A DNA stretch of 64,000 nucleotides, taken from contig JAXHMG010000003.1 in NCBI GenBank assembly GCA_034521595.1, positions 704,001 through 768,000 of the forward strand, in the 5' to 3' direction. Positions within the stretch are counted from its first letter, which is position 1. Each line of letters starts with the position of its first letter. A program made the translations under genes and the position numbers. Origin of the DNA: Gemmatimonadota bacterium. Its GTDB lineage: Bacteria; Gemmatimonadota; Gemmatimonadetes; Longimicrobiales; Gaopeijiaceae. Of this stretch, positions 1-9,808 are shown piece after piece. The notes under the pieces were generated by a model that saw nothing but the letters and a program-made list of their open reading frames with translations, was not told where the DNA came from and made no database searches.

Positions 1-1717
1 GGCTGGCGTCCAGGGGATGGAGGTCGGATTCTGCGGCGGGCGGGTTCACTGAGGCGACGGCTACCACCGAGTCCTCTTCGAGGAAGGTGTAGTGCCCGGA
101 GATCCCGGTCGTCGCTACGGATCTGGTTCCGTCGATCTCGAGGCGGGCCCCGTCCGGCGTGCGCACATGGGTGGCGCCTCGGGGGGCGGGGATTCGCTCA
201 CCGGTGAGATGCCCCGGGTTGGTGCGGCCGGCTCCCGCCCACCCGACCGCGACCCAGTCCAGGAACCGGACGAGCCCGGGGGAGAGGGGGAGCGACGACG
301 AGCCCGCGTCGAGGGGCGAAGCGAGGAGCAAGACCTCGTGACCACTGGCCGTCTCGGTTTCCACGGCCCAGGGGGTGCCCGCGATCTCGGCCAGCACCCG
401 GCTCGGAACCCGTGCATCGTCGCTCGCCTGTAGCTCGAACCAGCGTTCCACCGTGGTTTCGGCGAGACCGGAGGGAAGGTCCGGACCCGTGAGCTCGGCG
501 GCCCCGGATACCGTGCGTTCGCCGTAGCTCCACGGAATTCCCGCATCCCGGAGCCTACGGTTCAAGGCAGGTCGTAGCGTGGGGTCTACAGGAGGTAGGA
601 CCAGAGCCGCACTACCCGCCGAGAGCCCCTGTAGCCCATTACCCGTGACCGCGATGGTGACGTCCGGCGGACCGATCGAGCCCGTTCGTACGCGCCCCGC
701 TTCCTCGAGCACCGCCATGGCTTCGAGCACGAACCGGTCCGGGTCCCCACGAACGGCGGTCGCCGGGGCAGGCCTGGACCGATACGCGAAGTACCGTCGA
801 TCATCGATGCTCAATTGGTCGGGATCGATCGCCACGGTGCCTACGACCCATGCGGTGTCCGACGGCGGAAGCGTCAGGGTCGTGGCGTTGCCGGGCGCGA
901 GGTTCGCGGCAGCGCGCACGCGCCCGTCGACCAGTGCGCGGACGCCGATGGGATCCCCTCCTTCCGGTCCGGCGATCCGGACGGAGATCTCCGCGCTCTG
1001 GCCCTGGATGGGTGGGAGCCCTCCGGCCACGACTGCTTCGACGACCGCGTGATTGTCGGTGGCTTCCGGCGTTCGAGTCCAGACGGTCACCGGAACCGAC
1101 GCCGGTTGGGCATCCCGCGCGCTGAATCCGCTGCGTTGGAGGTCCGTGATGAGGTGGATCTCGCGGCTCTGGTACTCGGACGTCGCCAGGAGGTCCTCCG
1201 CGCGGTCCAGGGATGCCGAGAGATCTCCGCGGGCGTGACTCACGCGGGTTTCCCGCACGGTGCGACGCCCGTCCGCGGGGCTCTGTGGCACGGCGGGACG
1301 CCACGGCTCGCCGGCGCGGATCACCCAGACGAGGTCGTCGGGGGTCGCCGCGCGCAGGCTTCGCTCCGCCACGCGCTTCAGGACGTCGAGGACCCGCTCC
1401 TCGTCGACCACGAGCCCCGTGCTCATGGAGTTGTCGAGGACGATCACGACGGCCGTGGGAGGGTGGGCGGACCCGGGAGCCGAGAGGAACGGGCGGGCGC
1501 CGGCCGCGACCAGCAGGACGAGCGCGAGGACACGAGCCAGCAGGAGCAGGATCTGCCGGAAACGGATCTCGCGAGAGTGCTCGCGCTCCGTGCGCTCGAG
1601 GTACCGGAGGGCGGGGAAGCTCAGGCGCGCGGTTCGGCGCTGTTGGAACAAGTGGAGCACGACGGGGACCGCCACCGAGACGGCCGCCGCGAGGAACCAG
1701 GGATTGAGGAAGCTCAT
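1..1717 (-). CDS. BatA N-terminal/vWA domain membrane protein (partial, runs off the left edge; absent from the ORF track)
   Basis: Manual translation from ATG 1717: MSFLNPWFLAAAVSVAVPVVLHLFQQRR...FPALRYL (BatA double-TM signature), then VVIVLDNSMS (MIDAS-like) and IHLITDLQ; open to the window edge; lies downstream of DUF58. Confidence 0.85.
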   Translation of the reverse strand, partial: MSFLNPWFLAAAVSVAVPVVLHLFQQRRTARLSFPALRYLERTEREHSREIRFRQILLLLARVLALVLLVAAGARPFLSAPGSAHPPTAVVIVLDNSMSTGLVVDEERVLDVLKRVAERSLRAATPDDLVWVIRAGEPWRPAVPQSPADGRRTVRETRVSHARGDLSASLDRAEDLLATSEYQSREIHLITDLQRSGFSARDAQPASVPVTVWTRTPEATDNHAVVEAVVAGGLPPIQGQSAEISVRIAGPEGGDPIGVRALVDGRVRAAANLAPGNATTLTLPPSDTAWVVGTVAIDPDQLSIDDRRYFAYRSRPAPATAVRGDPDRFVLEAMAVLEEAGRVRTGSIGPPDVTIAVTGNGLQGLSAGSAALVLPPVDPTLRPALNRRLRDAGIPWSYGERTVSGAAELTGPDLPSGLAETTVERWFELQASDDARVPSRVLAEIAGTPWAVETETASGHEVLLLASPLDAGSSSLPLSPGLVRFLDWVAVGWAGAGRTNPGHLTGERIPAPRGATHVRTPDGARLEIDGTRSVATTGISGHYTFLEEDSVVAVASVNPPAAESDLHPLDAS

Positions 1718-1730
1718 CGCTCGCCTCGAC

Positions 1731-2660
1731 TCATCCGAGCCGCTCCCTTTTTCGCAGGTACGCCCGTAGCGCCGATCCGAGGGGGCGGCTCGTGTCCACC
1801 ACCTCGTAGTCGATTCCGTGCGGTCGAAGCTCCCGCCGCCATTCCTCCAACGCGCTGTCCACCGCTTCGCGATATTCGTTGCGTACGTCCGCGACGCTCA
1901 CCAGCAGCTCTCTCCCGCTCTCCGGGTCGTAAAACCGTGCTTCCGAAGCAGCGGGAAGCTCCCGCTCGCCCGGATCCAGAAGATGGAACACGAGCACCTC
2001 GTGTCCCTGATGCCTCAGGTATTTGAGCGCCGTCAGGGTCTCTTCACGCTCGACCAGCATGTCGGAGAAGAGGATCACGAGGCCTCGCCGTCGCATCCGG
2101 ACGGCCATGTCCCGCAGCGCTCCTTCGGCCGAAGTGCCGCCTACGGCCTCGAGCTCACCCAGGGTTCGCGCCAGCTCTCTCCATTGCGCCCGACCACCGC
2201 GCGGCGTCACACGGGCAGCGACATGGTCGTGGAAAGCGGTGAGCCCGACGGCGTCGCCCTGGCGGATCAGGATCATGCCGAGGGACGCGGCCAGGAGCTT
2301 CGCGTACCAGAGCTTATCCGGTAGCTCGCCCGGCCGAGAGCTCCAACCCATCGAGTCACTGGTATCGAGGAGCAGGTACGCCCGGAGGTTGGTCTCCTCC
2401 TCGAACTGCTTCACGTAGTAGCGGTCGGAGCGGCCGAACATGCGCCAATCGATATAGCGCAGGTCGTCGCCGGGCTGGTAGGCCCTGAGCTCCGCGAACT
2501 CCGCCGAGAACCCTCGGTGCGGGGAGCGGTGGAGCCCCATCAGGAAGCCTTCGACGACGTGTCGCGCGACGAGCTCGACCCCACCGAGCTTCGAGAGGGC
2601 CACGGGGTCGAGCAGATCGAGCCGAGCGCCGCCTCCGGCGCGGTTCCGCGTGTTTTCCAT
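1731..2660 (-). CDS. DUF58 domain (vWA-like) protein
   Basis: GLHRSPHRGFSAEFAELRAYQPGDDLRYIDWR...YYVKQFEEETN, LLLDTSDSM. Confidence 0.92.
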   Translation of the reverse strand: MENTRNRAGGGARLDLLDPVALSKLGGVELVARHVVEGFLMGLHRSPHRGFSAEFAELRAYQPGDDLRYIDWRMFGRSDRYYVKQFEEETNLRAYLLLDTSDSMGWSSRPGELPDKLWYAKLLAASLGMILIRQGDAVGLTAFHDHVAARVTPRGGRAQWRELARTLGELEAVGGTSAEGALRDMAVRMRRRGLVILFSDMLVEREETLTALKYLRHQGHEVLVFHLLDPGERELPAASEARFYDPESGRELLVSVADVRNEYREAVDSALEEWRRELRPHGIDYEVVDTSRPLGSALRAYLRKRERLG

Positions 2661-2671
2661 CTTGGCAGTGC

Positions 2672-2700
2672 AAGCTACCCGAGAAGGGGGGTCTGCTCAA
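2672..2700 (-). promoter_or_regulatory. Putative sigma70 promoter of the DUF58-BatA operon
   Basis: Minus strand TTGAGC-N17-TAGCTT, 11 nt before ATG 2660, no SD. Confidence 0.55.
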
Positions 2701-2826
2701 CGGGCGCCGTGCCGGGTCGGGGTCCGCTCCGGGATTCCGGGACCGAGTCGAGGCGAAGGGGGGTACGCGGTACACGGGCCGCACCACGATACGAATTCGG
2801 CGAGCACCGGCTGCCGGGGAGGACGC

Positions 2827-4182
2827 ATGAAACTCGTGACGTCACTGACCACCCTCGCGATCCTCTTTGGATCGAGCGCCGGGGCTTCACAGGCCGGTCC
2901 CGCTCCCGATGCCGTGGAGGCGAGGCTCTGGCTCGATCGGGGCGACGAGGTGGTCGTCCAGCGCGGGGAGCGGCTACGCATCCGCTACAGGACATCCGAG
3001 GATGCGTTCATGGCGATCTTCCGGATCGACACCGACGGCCGCGTCTCCCTCCTTCACCCCTCCGACCCTCGTGACGACGGCTACGTTCGCGGAGGCCGGG
3101 ACGAGTCCCTGGTGCTCGCGCAGTCGCCGTTCTGGACGGTCCGGGACGACCCGGGCGTGGGCTACCTGTTCATGGTCGCCTCACCCGAGCCGCTCGACTT
3201 CTCGCGCTTCGAGTACCACCGCGACCTGGGGTGGGACCTGAGCTCCGTGGGAGCGTTCGTCTACGACGACCCGTACCTCGCGATGGACGACTTCGTGGCC
3301 GCGCTGATTCCGGACTGGGAGGTCGTCCCGTACGGGCTCGATTTCGTCACCTATCATGTGGGTGAGCCGCGGAGCTATCCGCGATTCCTCTGCTACGATT
3401 GCCACACCTCCCGGAGCTTCCAGACGTGGAATCCCTATGCGGCCATGTGCTCGTCGTACCGGATCGTGATCTACGACGATCCGTACTTCTATCCGGGGTA
3501 TCGCTATGCGGGGACCCGGGTGGTCTTCCCCCGCCCGATCCGGGATCGCCCGCGGTATGAGGTGGCCGAGCGTCGGCCCACGGAGGCGTGGGCCCCGATC
3601 GTGCGGGTGCGCGAGGCCCCCGGGCGTCCAGCGGAGTTCAAGGAGACCCCGACGACCAACGCACGGAGCCGGCGACGCGCGGTGCGGACCGTCCCGAGCG
3701 GATCGGCGCCAGCAGCCGGAGGGAGCGCGCGTCGGCGGAGCGGCGATGACGCCCCCGCCGCGACCGGTTCCCGTGCGTCGCCGTCCTCGGGCAGGAGCGT
3801 GCGTTCCGCCCCCGCCGCGCGACGAGGTTCGGCCGGGTCGGAGGACGCCGCTCGCGGCGGCTCGGCGACACGTCGCCCGACCCGGGGCGTGCGTGGAGCC
3901 AGGAGCGCGGAGACGCGCCCGTCCGCGACCAGCAGACGTGAGCGTCCGGCCACCCGGTCCCGCCCCAGCGCGGGCAGCCGACCCGCTGAGGCGACGAGGG
4001 GGCGGGCCCGGCCTTCGACACCCTCGGCCACCGGACGGAGGGGCGGGTCCGCCCGGTCCGGCGGGGAGCGGCGTCCGGCACGCGCCGTGCGGCCCCCGAG
4101 CCGATCCGCCAGCCCGCCGTCGGGCTCGCCGAGCCCGCGCCGCCCCGCTCGTGCCCGCTCGCCCGGGCCGGGTGGCGGCTGA
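2827..4182 (+). CDS. Secreted DUF4384-like protein with CxxCH motif and Arg/Ser/Ala/Pro-rich disordered C-terminal tail
   Basis: GGAGGA RBS before ATG 2827; signal peptide MKLVTSLTTLAILFGSSAGASQA; GERLRIRYRTSEDAFMAIFRIDTDGRVSLLHP (DUF4384-like); CYDCH. Confidence 0.75.
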   Translation: MKLVTSLTTLAILFGSSAGASQAGPAPDAVEARLWLDRGDEVVVQRGERLRIRYRTSEDAFMAIFRIDTDGRVSLLHPSDPRDDGYVRGGRDESLVLAQSPFWTVRDDPGVGYLFMVASPEPLDFSRFEYHRDLGWDLSSVGAFVYDDPYLAMDDFVAALIPDWEVVPYGLDFVTYHVGEPRSYPRFLCYDCHTSRSFQTWNPYAAMCSSYRIVIYDDPYFYPGYRYAGTRVVFPRPIRDRPRYEVAERRPTEAWAPIVRVREAPGRPAEFKETPTTNARSRRRAVRTVPSGSAPAAGGSARRRSGDDAPAATGSRASPSSGRSVRSAPAARRGSAGSEDAARGGSATRRPTRGVRGARSAETRPSATSRRERPATRSRPSAGSRPAEATRGRARPSTPSATGRRGGSARSGGERRPARAVRPPSRSASPPSGSPSPRRPARARSPGPGGG

Positions 4183-4194
4183 TCGCGTGGACAC

Positions 4195-4234
4195 GAAGAG
4201 GCCCCGGTGCTCCGCGGAGCACCGGGGCCTCTTC
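4195..4234. terminator. Perfect 40-bp palindrome between convergent genes; probable bidirectional terminator
   Basis: GAAGAGGCCCCGGTGCTCCG|CGGAGCACCGGGGCCTCTTC is its own reverse complement. Confidence 0.7.
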
Positions 4235-4289
4235 ACGACCGTCTTTCCCAGCGGCGTGCCGAAGACGGGACGTCTCCGGCTTCTCGCTC

Positions 4290-5594
4290 CTACCGGTTCC
4301 CGAAGGAGAGCGTGAACTGGACCAGGGACGTCTGGTCGATCTCATCCCCGTCCCGGAGCGCACCCGCGACCGAGAGGTTCACCGGGCCCAGCAGGAGCGT
4401 GGTCCCACCGCTGAGTTGCGTGCCGCCGGAAACCAACCCGAGACCCGCCCGCAGATGTATGAGCCTCAGCCCTCGCCATTCGCCGCCCACGCCGAGGTGG
4501 GAGCGGGGTCCGATGTCGAGCCCCTCTTCGCTCACCCGGTGGTGGATGTCCGCCGAGACGGTCAGATCCATCGGAAAGTCCATCGCCGCACCGGCGCGCA
4601 GCGTCGGCTTGAACGTATAGTCGTCCACGACGGCCCGCAGGTCGGCCGGCGCTCCGGAGTACGGAGCCTCGTCGAAGTCCGATTCGGCGGAGCCCTGCTC
4701 GACGAACGCGGTTCCCGGCCGGTACGAGAGCGTTTCCACGTCCCAGGCGAAGGTGTTGAACAGGTTGATGATCGAGGCCCCGATGCGGACGGCCGGCAGG
4801 TCCATCATGAAGCCGACGTCGGCTCCGAACCCGTTTCCGTTGTTGCCGAGGCGCTCTGTACAGCTCCCGAGCACCGCATCGTCGCACGGAGCGACGGCCG
4901 GGCTCTCGAGCTCGATTCGGACCGGGTCGGTGGAGATGGAGCCGGACGACGCTCGGGCGACCGCGAGGCCGTGGCCCACGGTGTACTTGCCCGTCACGCC
5001 GAGCATCGCCGGTCCGACCGGGAAGGCGTAGCTCAGGGCCCCGGTCGTGCTGGCGAAGGCGTCTACACCGAGTCCCGTGAGATCCAGATCCGTGGCTTCA
5101 CCGGTTCGTCCGGCGTTGCCGTACAGGTAGGCCTCCGCCGCACCCGAGGGGAGCGTGAAGGCCGTCGAGCCGCTCGTGGATACCTGAAGGCCGAAGTTCC
5201 CGAGCGTCAGCGCGAGCTCGGAGACGTCGGCGCCCGCCTGAGCCGACTGGCCGCCGGCGGCCGTGATCGCGGAGAGCCACTCTTCCTTGACGGCGTCCGG
5301 CACCACGACGCCCTGATACTCGTGGAGGTCCGAGAGCTTGACCGGGCCGAAGCCGGCGCGTGCCTGCACGGGCACGAGCGCGAGGCTGAAGCCCGAGCCC
5401 GGCATGCCGAGTCCCGCAGGGTTGACGCTGATCGCGCCGAAGCCGCGGACGGTGGCGGTATGCGCGCCCGAAAGGGCGAGCGTGGAAGCACTGGCCTCGG
5501 CGAGCTGGGCCTGTGCGCGGTGCGTTCCGAGTCCGAGGGCGACAGTGGTGACGACCACCGCGGTCACCCGACGGAGTGCGTTCATATTGGTCAT
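4290..5594 (-). CDS. Outer-membrane beta-barrel protein (DUF5723/TraF/FadL-like)
   Basis: Signal peptide ending AQA; AISVNPAGL motif; amphipathic beta strands; C-terminal FTLSFGNR; GGAG RBS before ATG 5594. Confidence 0.65.
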   Translation of the reverse strand: MTNMNALRRVTAVVVTTVALGLGTHRAQAQLAEASASTLALSGAHTATVRGFGAISVNPAGLGMPGSGFSLALVPVQARAGFGPVKLSDLHEYQGVVVPDAVKEEWLSAITAAGGQSAQAGADVSELALTLGNFGLQVSTSGSTAFTLPSGAAEAYLYGNAGRTGEATDLDLTGLGVDAFASTTGALSYAFPVGPAMLGVTGKYTVGHGLAVARASSGSISTDPVRIELESPAVAPCDDAVLGSCTERLGNNGNGFGADVGFMMDLPAVRIGASIINLFNTFAWDVETLSYRPGTAFVEQGSAESDFDEAPYSGAPADLRAVVDDYTFKPTLRAGAAMDFPMDLTVSADIHHRVSEEGLDIGPRSHLGVGGEWRGLRLIHLRAGLGLVSGGTQLSGGTTLLLGPVNLSVAGALRDGDEIDQTSLVQFTLSFGNR

Positions 5595-5605
5595 GGGTGG
5601 TCTCC

Positions 5606-6622
5606 TCAACCGATTTCGAGCGTGACGTCGAGCGTGGCGTCGATGTTCATTTCCTGGCCGGGCTGGATCGTGACCGAGGTCCCGTTCGCCGTGCCGCTCC
5701 CGGAGAAGAACACGTTCGGCTGGCCGACGAAGGACCGGAGCTCGTCACCCGTGTAGTCGAGCGTGACGGTCGAAGGGCCGCTCCCGGCGATGGAGAACGT
5801 CTTCGACGTGCTCCCGATCTCGACGGAGCCGTCCACCGAGACCGAGAACGGGTTGATCACGTCGAGGACGATCGAGCCCGCGACGATGCGGTCGGTCACA
5901 TCGGCGTCGATGTCTTCGAGGTCGATGGCTTGGTCCTCGAAGCTCACGGTCTGGTTTCCGACGTCGACCGTGACCGAGCTCACCAGGAGGGACGTGACCT
6001 CGGCCGAGACCTCGATGATGTCGCTCACGTCGATCACGGCCGTCTGGCCGCCGGGCGCGTCCACCGCGACGGTCGCGCGAAGCGGACCGGTGAGCGTCAC
6101 GGGGGAGAGGTCGATGGTGCGGAGCACGGTGGTGTCCGCGGGGAGTGGCTCGGTCGCCCCGTCCAGGGTGACCTCGCCGAGGACGTCGCCGGAGAGATCG
6201 TCGGCGATCGTGACGACCATCGTGCCGCCGTTCTCGAGCGGGTCGAAGGAGAAGCCGTTGATGATCGAGAGATCGATGGAGCCTCCGGTGACCTCGGCAG
6301 AGATCACTTCGGTGGGTAGCGCCTGGGTCTCGACGAAGTCCTCCTCGAAGGCCGGGACCGGCGCGGTCGTGCCGTCGACCAACGCGCACTCCGGGCACAG
6401 CTCGCCGAGCGTCGCCGAGGCCGCGACCGGATCGATCGAGATGTCGAACGCGTCGCCCACGGTGGAGACGGCGTCCGGTAGGAGCTCGTCCACGGACAGG
6501 GTGGTTTCGTCCACCGGGACCATCCACCGCTGCTCCACGATCGGGGGCTCGGTGGGGACGTCACATCCCGTGGCAACGGTGAGCGCGGCCGCGACCGCGA
6601 ATATCGCGCGCGGAGGGTTCAT
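5606..6622 (-). CDS. Acidic beta-rich lipoprotein, hypothetical
   Basis: MNPPRAIFAVAAALTVATG-C lipobox; D/E/V/T-rich; internal repeat. Confidence 0.7.
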   Translation of the reverse strand: MNPPRAIFAVAAALTVATGCDVPTEPPIVEQRWMVPVDETTLSVDELLPDAVSTVGDAFDISIDPVAASATLGELCPECALVDGTTAPVPAFEEDFVETQALPTEVISAEVTGGSIDLSIINGFSFDPLENGGTMVVTIADDLSGDVLGEVTLDGATEPLPADTTVLRTIDLSPVTLTGPLRATVAVDAPGGQTAVIDVSDIIEVSAEVTSLLVSSVTVDVGNQTVSFEDQAIDLEDIDADVTDRIVAGSIVLDVINPFSVSVDGSVEIGSTSKTFSIAGSGPSTVTLDYTGDELRSFVGQPNVFFSGSGTANGTSVTIQPGQEMNIDATLDVTLEIG

Positions 6623-6741
6623 TTTCGACTCCGTGAATGTCGTTCTGGTTTCGGGGGGAGGCCGGAGAGGTCCGGACGAGCGAAGGCTCCGGTTACGATT
6701 CGTGCTCCTGCTCGTCGCCACCGGAAAGCGCTGGACGAGGC

Positions 6742-6757
6742 AGCAAGCCGCGTACCG
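6742..6757 (-). promoter_or_regulatory. Putative sigma54 (-24/-12) promoter for the lipoprotein/OMP operon
   Basis: Minus strand CGGTAC-GCGGC-TTGCT, GG-N10-GC spacing, about 120 bp upstream of ATG 6622. Confidence 0.5.
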
Positions 6758-7005
6758 GCCCATCGAGGGTGGCCCCATCCCTGTCGCACGGGGGCGGCCG
6801 AAGCGGAGCGCAGGCGATGGATCCCACGACGGGAAGGGGACCGCGCAAGGCGCGTAAGTGGCAAGTTCTCGGTAGGTTGCGCGGTGGCCGGCGGTCGCCC
6901 GTCGCGAGGACGGCGCCGGCCTCGCGGCCGGACCCGGGACTTCGAGCGGCCGGGTCGGGGCGTTATTTTTCACGACCATCCCTCTCTCATTCGGCACTCC
7001 TTTCC

Positions 7006-8808
7006 GTGCAAATTGCCCACATCCGAAACTTCTGCATCGTCGCGCACATCGACCACGGCAAGTCGACGCTCGCGGACCGGCTGCTGGAGCGGACCAGCAC
7101 GTTGGACGAGCGACGCATGCGTGAGCAGGTCCTGGACGATAACGCCCTCGAGCGTGAGCGGGGCATCACCATCAAGCTCCACGCCGTGCGGATGGCGTAC
7201 AAGGCGGGAGACGGCCGGGAATACGAGCTGAACCTGATCGACACCCCGGGGCACGTGGACTTCACGTACGAGGTCTCACGGTCGCTGGCCGCCTGCGAGG
7301 GGGCCATCCTGGTCGTAGACGCAACCCAGGGCGTGCAGGCGCAGACCCTCTCGAACCTCTTTCTCGCGCTCGATGCCGACCTGGAGATCATCCCGGTCCT
7401 GAACAAGACCGACCTGCCGGGCGCGGAGCCGGAGCGCCGCACCGAAGAGCTCGTCGATCTCCTGGGGATCGAGCCCGATTCGGTGCTCCTCGCGAGCGCG
7501 AAGGACGGCGTGGGCATCGAGGAGATCCTGGAAGCGGTCGTGGCCCGTGTCCCGCCCCCCGGTGGAGATCCGGACGCCCCACTGCGGGCACTCATCTTCG
7601 ATTCATACTACGACAAGTACCTGGGTGCCGTCCCCTCCGTGCGCGTGGTGGACGGCACGTTGCGTTCGGGGATGCGGATCGCGTTCGGTAACGCCGAAGC
7701 GCACTACGAGGTTTCCGAGGTCGGGTACTTGCGGCTCGGGCGCATACCTGTGGAGGATCTCGGTCCCGGAGAGGTCGGCTACGTCGTTGCCGCCATCAAA
7801 GGGGTCGGAGACACCAAGGTCGGTGATACCCTGCTCGACCCGGACAACCGCCCGGACGAGTTGTTGCCCGGATATCAGGAAGCTCGCCCGATGGTGTTCG
7901 CCGGTCTGTATCCGACGGATGGCGAGGACTACGAGCTCCTGCGGGACGCGCTCGAGCGGCTCAAGCTCAACGACGCCAGCCTTCAGTACGAGCCCGAGAA
8001 CTCCGTCGCGCTGGGCTTCGGCTTTCGTTGCGGCTTTTTGGGGCTCCTCCACATGGAGATCGTGCAGGAGCGGCTGGACCGCGAGTTCGGTGTCGAGCTC
8101 ATCACGACCGTCCCGAACGTGGAGTACCACGTGGAGTTGACCGACGGGACGGAGCTGGACATCGAGAGCCCGACGGCGTTACCCGATCCCGGTAAGGTCG
8201 AGCGGATTGCCGAGCCGATCGTGCGGGCACGCATCCTGTGTCCTTCAGACTACATCGGTAACGTCCAGAAGCTCTGCCATGACCGTCGCGGCGTATTCCG
8301 GGACATGAGCTACCCGGACCCGCAGCAGGTCGAGCTCGACTTCGAGCTCCCGCTCTCGGAGATCGTGTTGGATTTCTACGACCGGCTGAAGAGCGGCACG
8401 CGCGGCTATGCGTCGTTGGACTACGAGTTCCTGGAATACCGGGAAGCCGATCTCGTCCGTCTCGACATCCTGATGAACGGTGACCCGATCGATGCCTTCA
8501 GCGTGATCATTCACAGGGACAAGGCGTACGACTACGGGCGAGATCTGGTCAACAGGCTGAAGGAGCTCATCCCGAGGCAGCAGTTCCAGGTGGCGCTCCA
8601 GGCCGCGATCGGGAACAACGTGATCGCCCGAAGCACCGTTCAGGCGCTGCGCAAGAACGTCACGGCCAAATGCTACGGCGGAGACGTGAGCCGGAAGCGG
8701 AAGCTCCTGGAGAAGCAGCGGGAGGGGAAGAGGCGTATGAAAGCCGTGGGCTCAGTGGAGATCCCTCAGGAGGCGTTCCTCGCCGTGCTGAACTTGAGCT
8801 CGGATTGA
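7006..8808 (+). CDS. lepA: Translation elongation factor 4 (LepA)
   Basis: [29 protein letters not shown]-terminal [28 protein letters not shown] start gives 600 aa. Confidence 0.98.
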   Translation: MQIAHIRNFCIVAHIDHGKSTLADRLLERTSTLDERRMREQVLDDNALERERGITIKLHAVRMAYKAGDGREYELNLIDTPGHVDFTYEVSRSLAACEGAILVVDATQGVQAQTLSNLFLALDADLEIIPVLNKTDLPGAEPERRTEELVDLLGIEPDSVLLASAKDGVGIEEILEAVVARVPPPGGDPDAPLRALIFDSYYDKYLGAVPSVRVVDGTLRSGMRIAFGNAEAHYEVSEVGYLRLGRIPVEDLGPGEVGYVVAAIKGVGDTKVGDTLLDPDNRPDELLPGYQEARPMVFAGLYPTDGEDYELLRDALERLKLNDASLQYEPENSVALGFGFRCGFLGLLHMEIVQERLDREFGVELITTVPNVEYHVELTDGTELDIESPTALPDPGKVERIAEPIVRARILCPSDYIGNVQKLCHDRRGVFRDMSYPDPQQVELDFELPLSEIVLDFYDRLKSGTRGYASLDYEFLEYREADLVRLDILMNGDPIDAFSVIIHRDKAYDYGRDLVNRLKELIPRQQFQVALQAAIGNNVIARSTVQALRKNVTAKCYGGDVSRKRKLLEKQREGKRRMKAVGSVEIPQEAFLAVLNLSSD

Positions 8809-8809
8809 C

Positions 8810-9808
8810 GTGACGCACACGGTCGTCCGCGCGCCGAACCACCTCGGAGACGTCGTTCTCGCGCTGCCGGCGCTCGTCGCGGACGGAGCCGACGTGCTCG
8901 TGGTGCGGGCGCTCGCGCCGATCCTCGCCATGGGCATCGGGCCGGAGCGCGTGATCCCGTTCGACCGCGGATTCCTCGGGTGGAAGCGTGCCGTGACCGG
9001 GTTGCGCAGCGCCGCATACGACTCGGCGGTGCTCATGACGCCGTCGTTTTCGGCGGCGTGGATGATGCGGTGGGGCGGTGTGCGCTGGCTGCGCGGGACC
9101 GCCACCGACGGCCGTAGTTGGATGCTGCGGGAGCGCATCGATCCGGCCGAGCTCCGTCCGCTCCACCGCATCAACCAGTATCGCCTCATCCTGGGTCAGG
9201 ACGCTTCGCTCCCCGCCCGTTCTCACCGCCTCGAAGTGCCCGCGGCGCTGCGGGAGCGTTGGGCGGACGCGCTGCGGGTGGACGGAGGGCGCCTCATCGG
9301 GCTCTTCCCGGGCGCCAACGCCCCGGCCCGGCGGTGGCCGGTGGATGGGTTCGCCGAGCTCGCCCGGACTCGTCTGGATCAGGGCGATCGTGTGATCGTG
9401 ATCGGGGGGCCCGGAGAGCGTGAGGTCACGGCCCGCGTCGCTTCCGCGGCACCGGGCGCCGAAGATCTCGGCGGACGCACCGGGATCGACGATCTGGCCG
9501 GTGTGCTCTCGGTTCTGGATCTTCTCGTCACGAACGACACCGGACCCATGCATCTCGCGGGAGCGGTCGGGACGCCTACCGTGAGCCTGTGGGGATCGTC
9601 CGACCCGCGCGAAGTACGTCAGACGGGCGCTCCGGATTTCGGGGTGACGGGTCCGGAGCTCCCGTGCAAGCCCTGTTACCGGAATCACTGTTCGAGGCGC
9701 GGGCCGGGCACGCTACTCCCCGAAGCCCACGAAGAATGCATGCGGCTCATCACGGTGGAACAGGTCACCGAGGCCACGGAGCGAGCCGTGAGCGAGGTCG
9801 GCCGGTGA
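8810..9808 (+). CDS. waaF: Glycosyltransferase family 9, LPS heptosyltransferase II-like
   Basis: RAPNHLGDVV, ARRWP, LVTNDTGPMHLAGAVGTPTVSLWG, LPCKPC. Confidence 0.8.
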   Translation: MTHTVVRAPNHLGDVVLALPALVADGADVLVVRALAPILAMGIGPERVIPFDRGFLGWKRAVTGLRSAAYDSAVLMTPSFSAAWMMRWGGVRWLRGTATDGRSWMLRERIDPAELRPLHRINQYRLILGQDASLPARSHRLEVPAALRERWADALRVDGGRLIGLFPGANAPARRWPVDGFAELARTRLDQGDRVIVIGGPGEREVTARVASAAPGAEDLGGRTGIDDLAGVLSVLDLLVTNDTGPMHLAGAVGTPTVSLWGSSDPREVRQTGAPDFGVTGPELPCKPCYRNHCSRRGPGTLLPEAHEECMRLITVEQVTEATERAVSEVGR

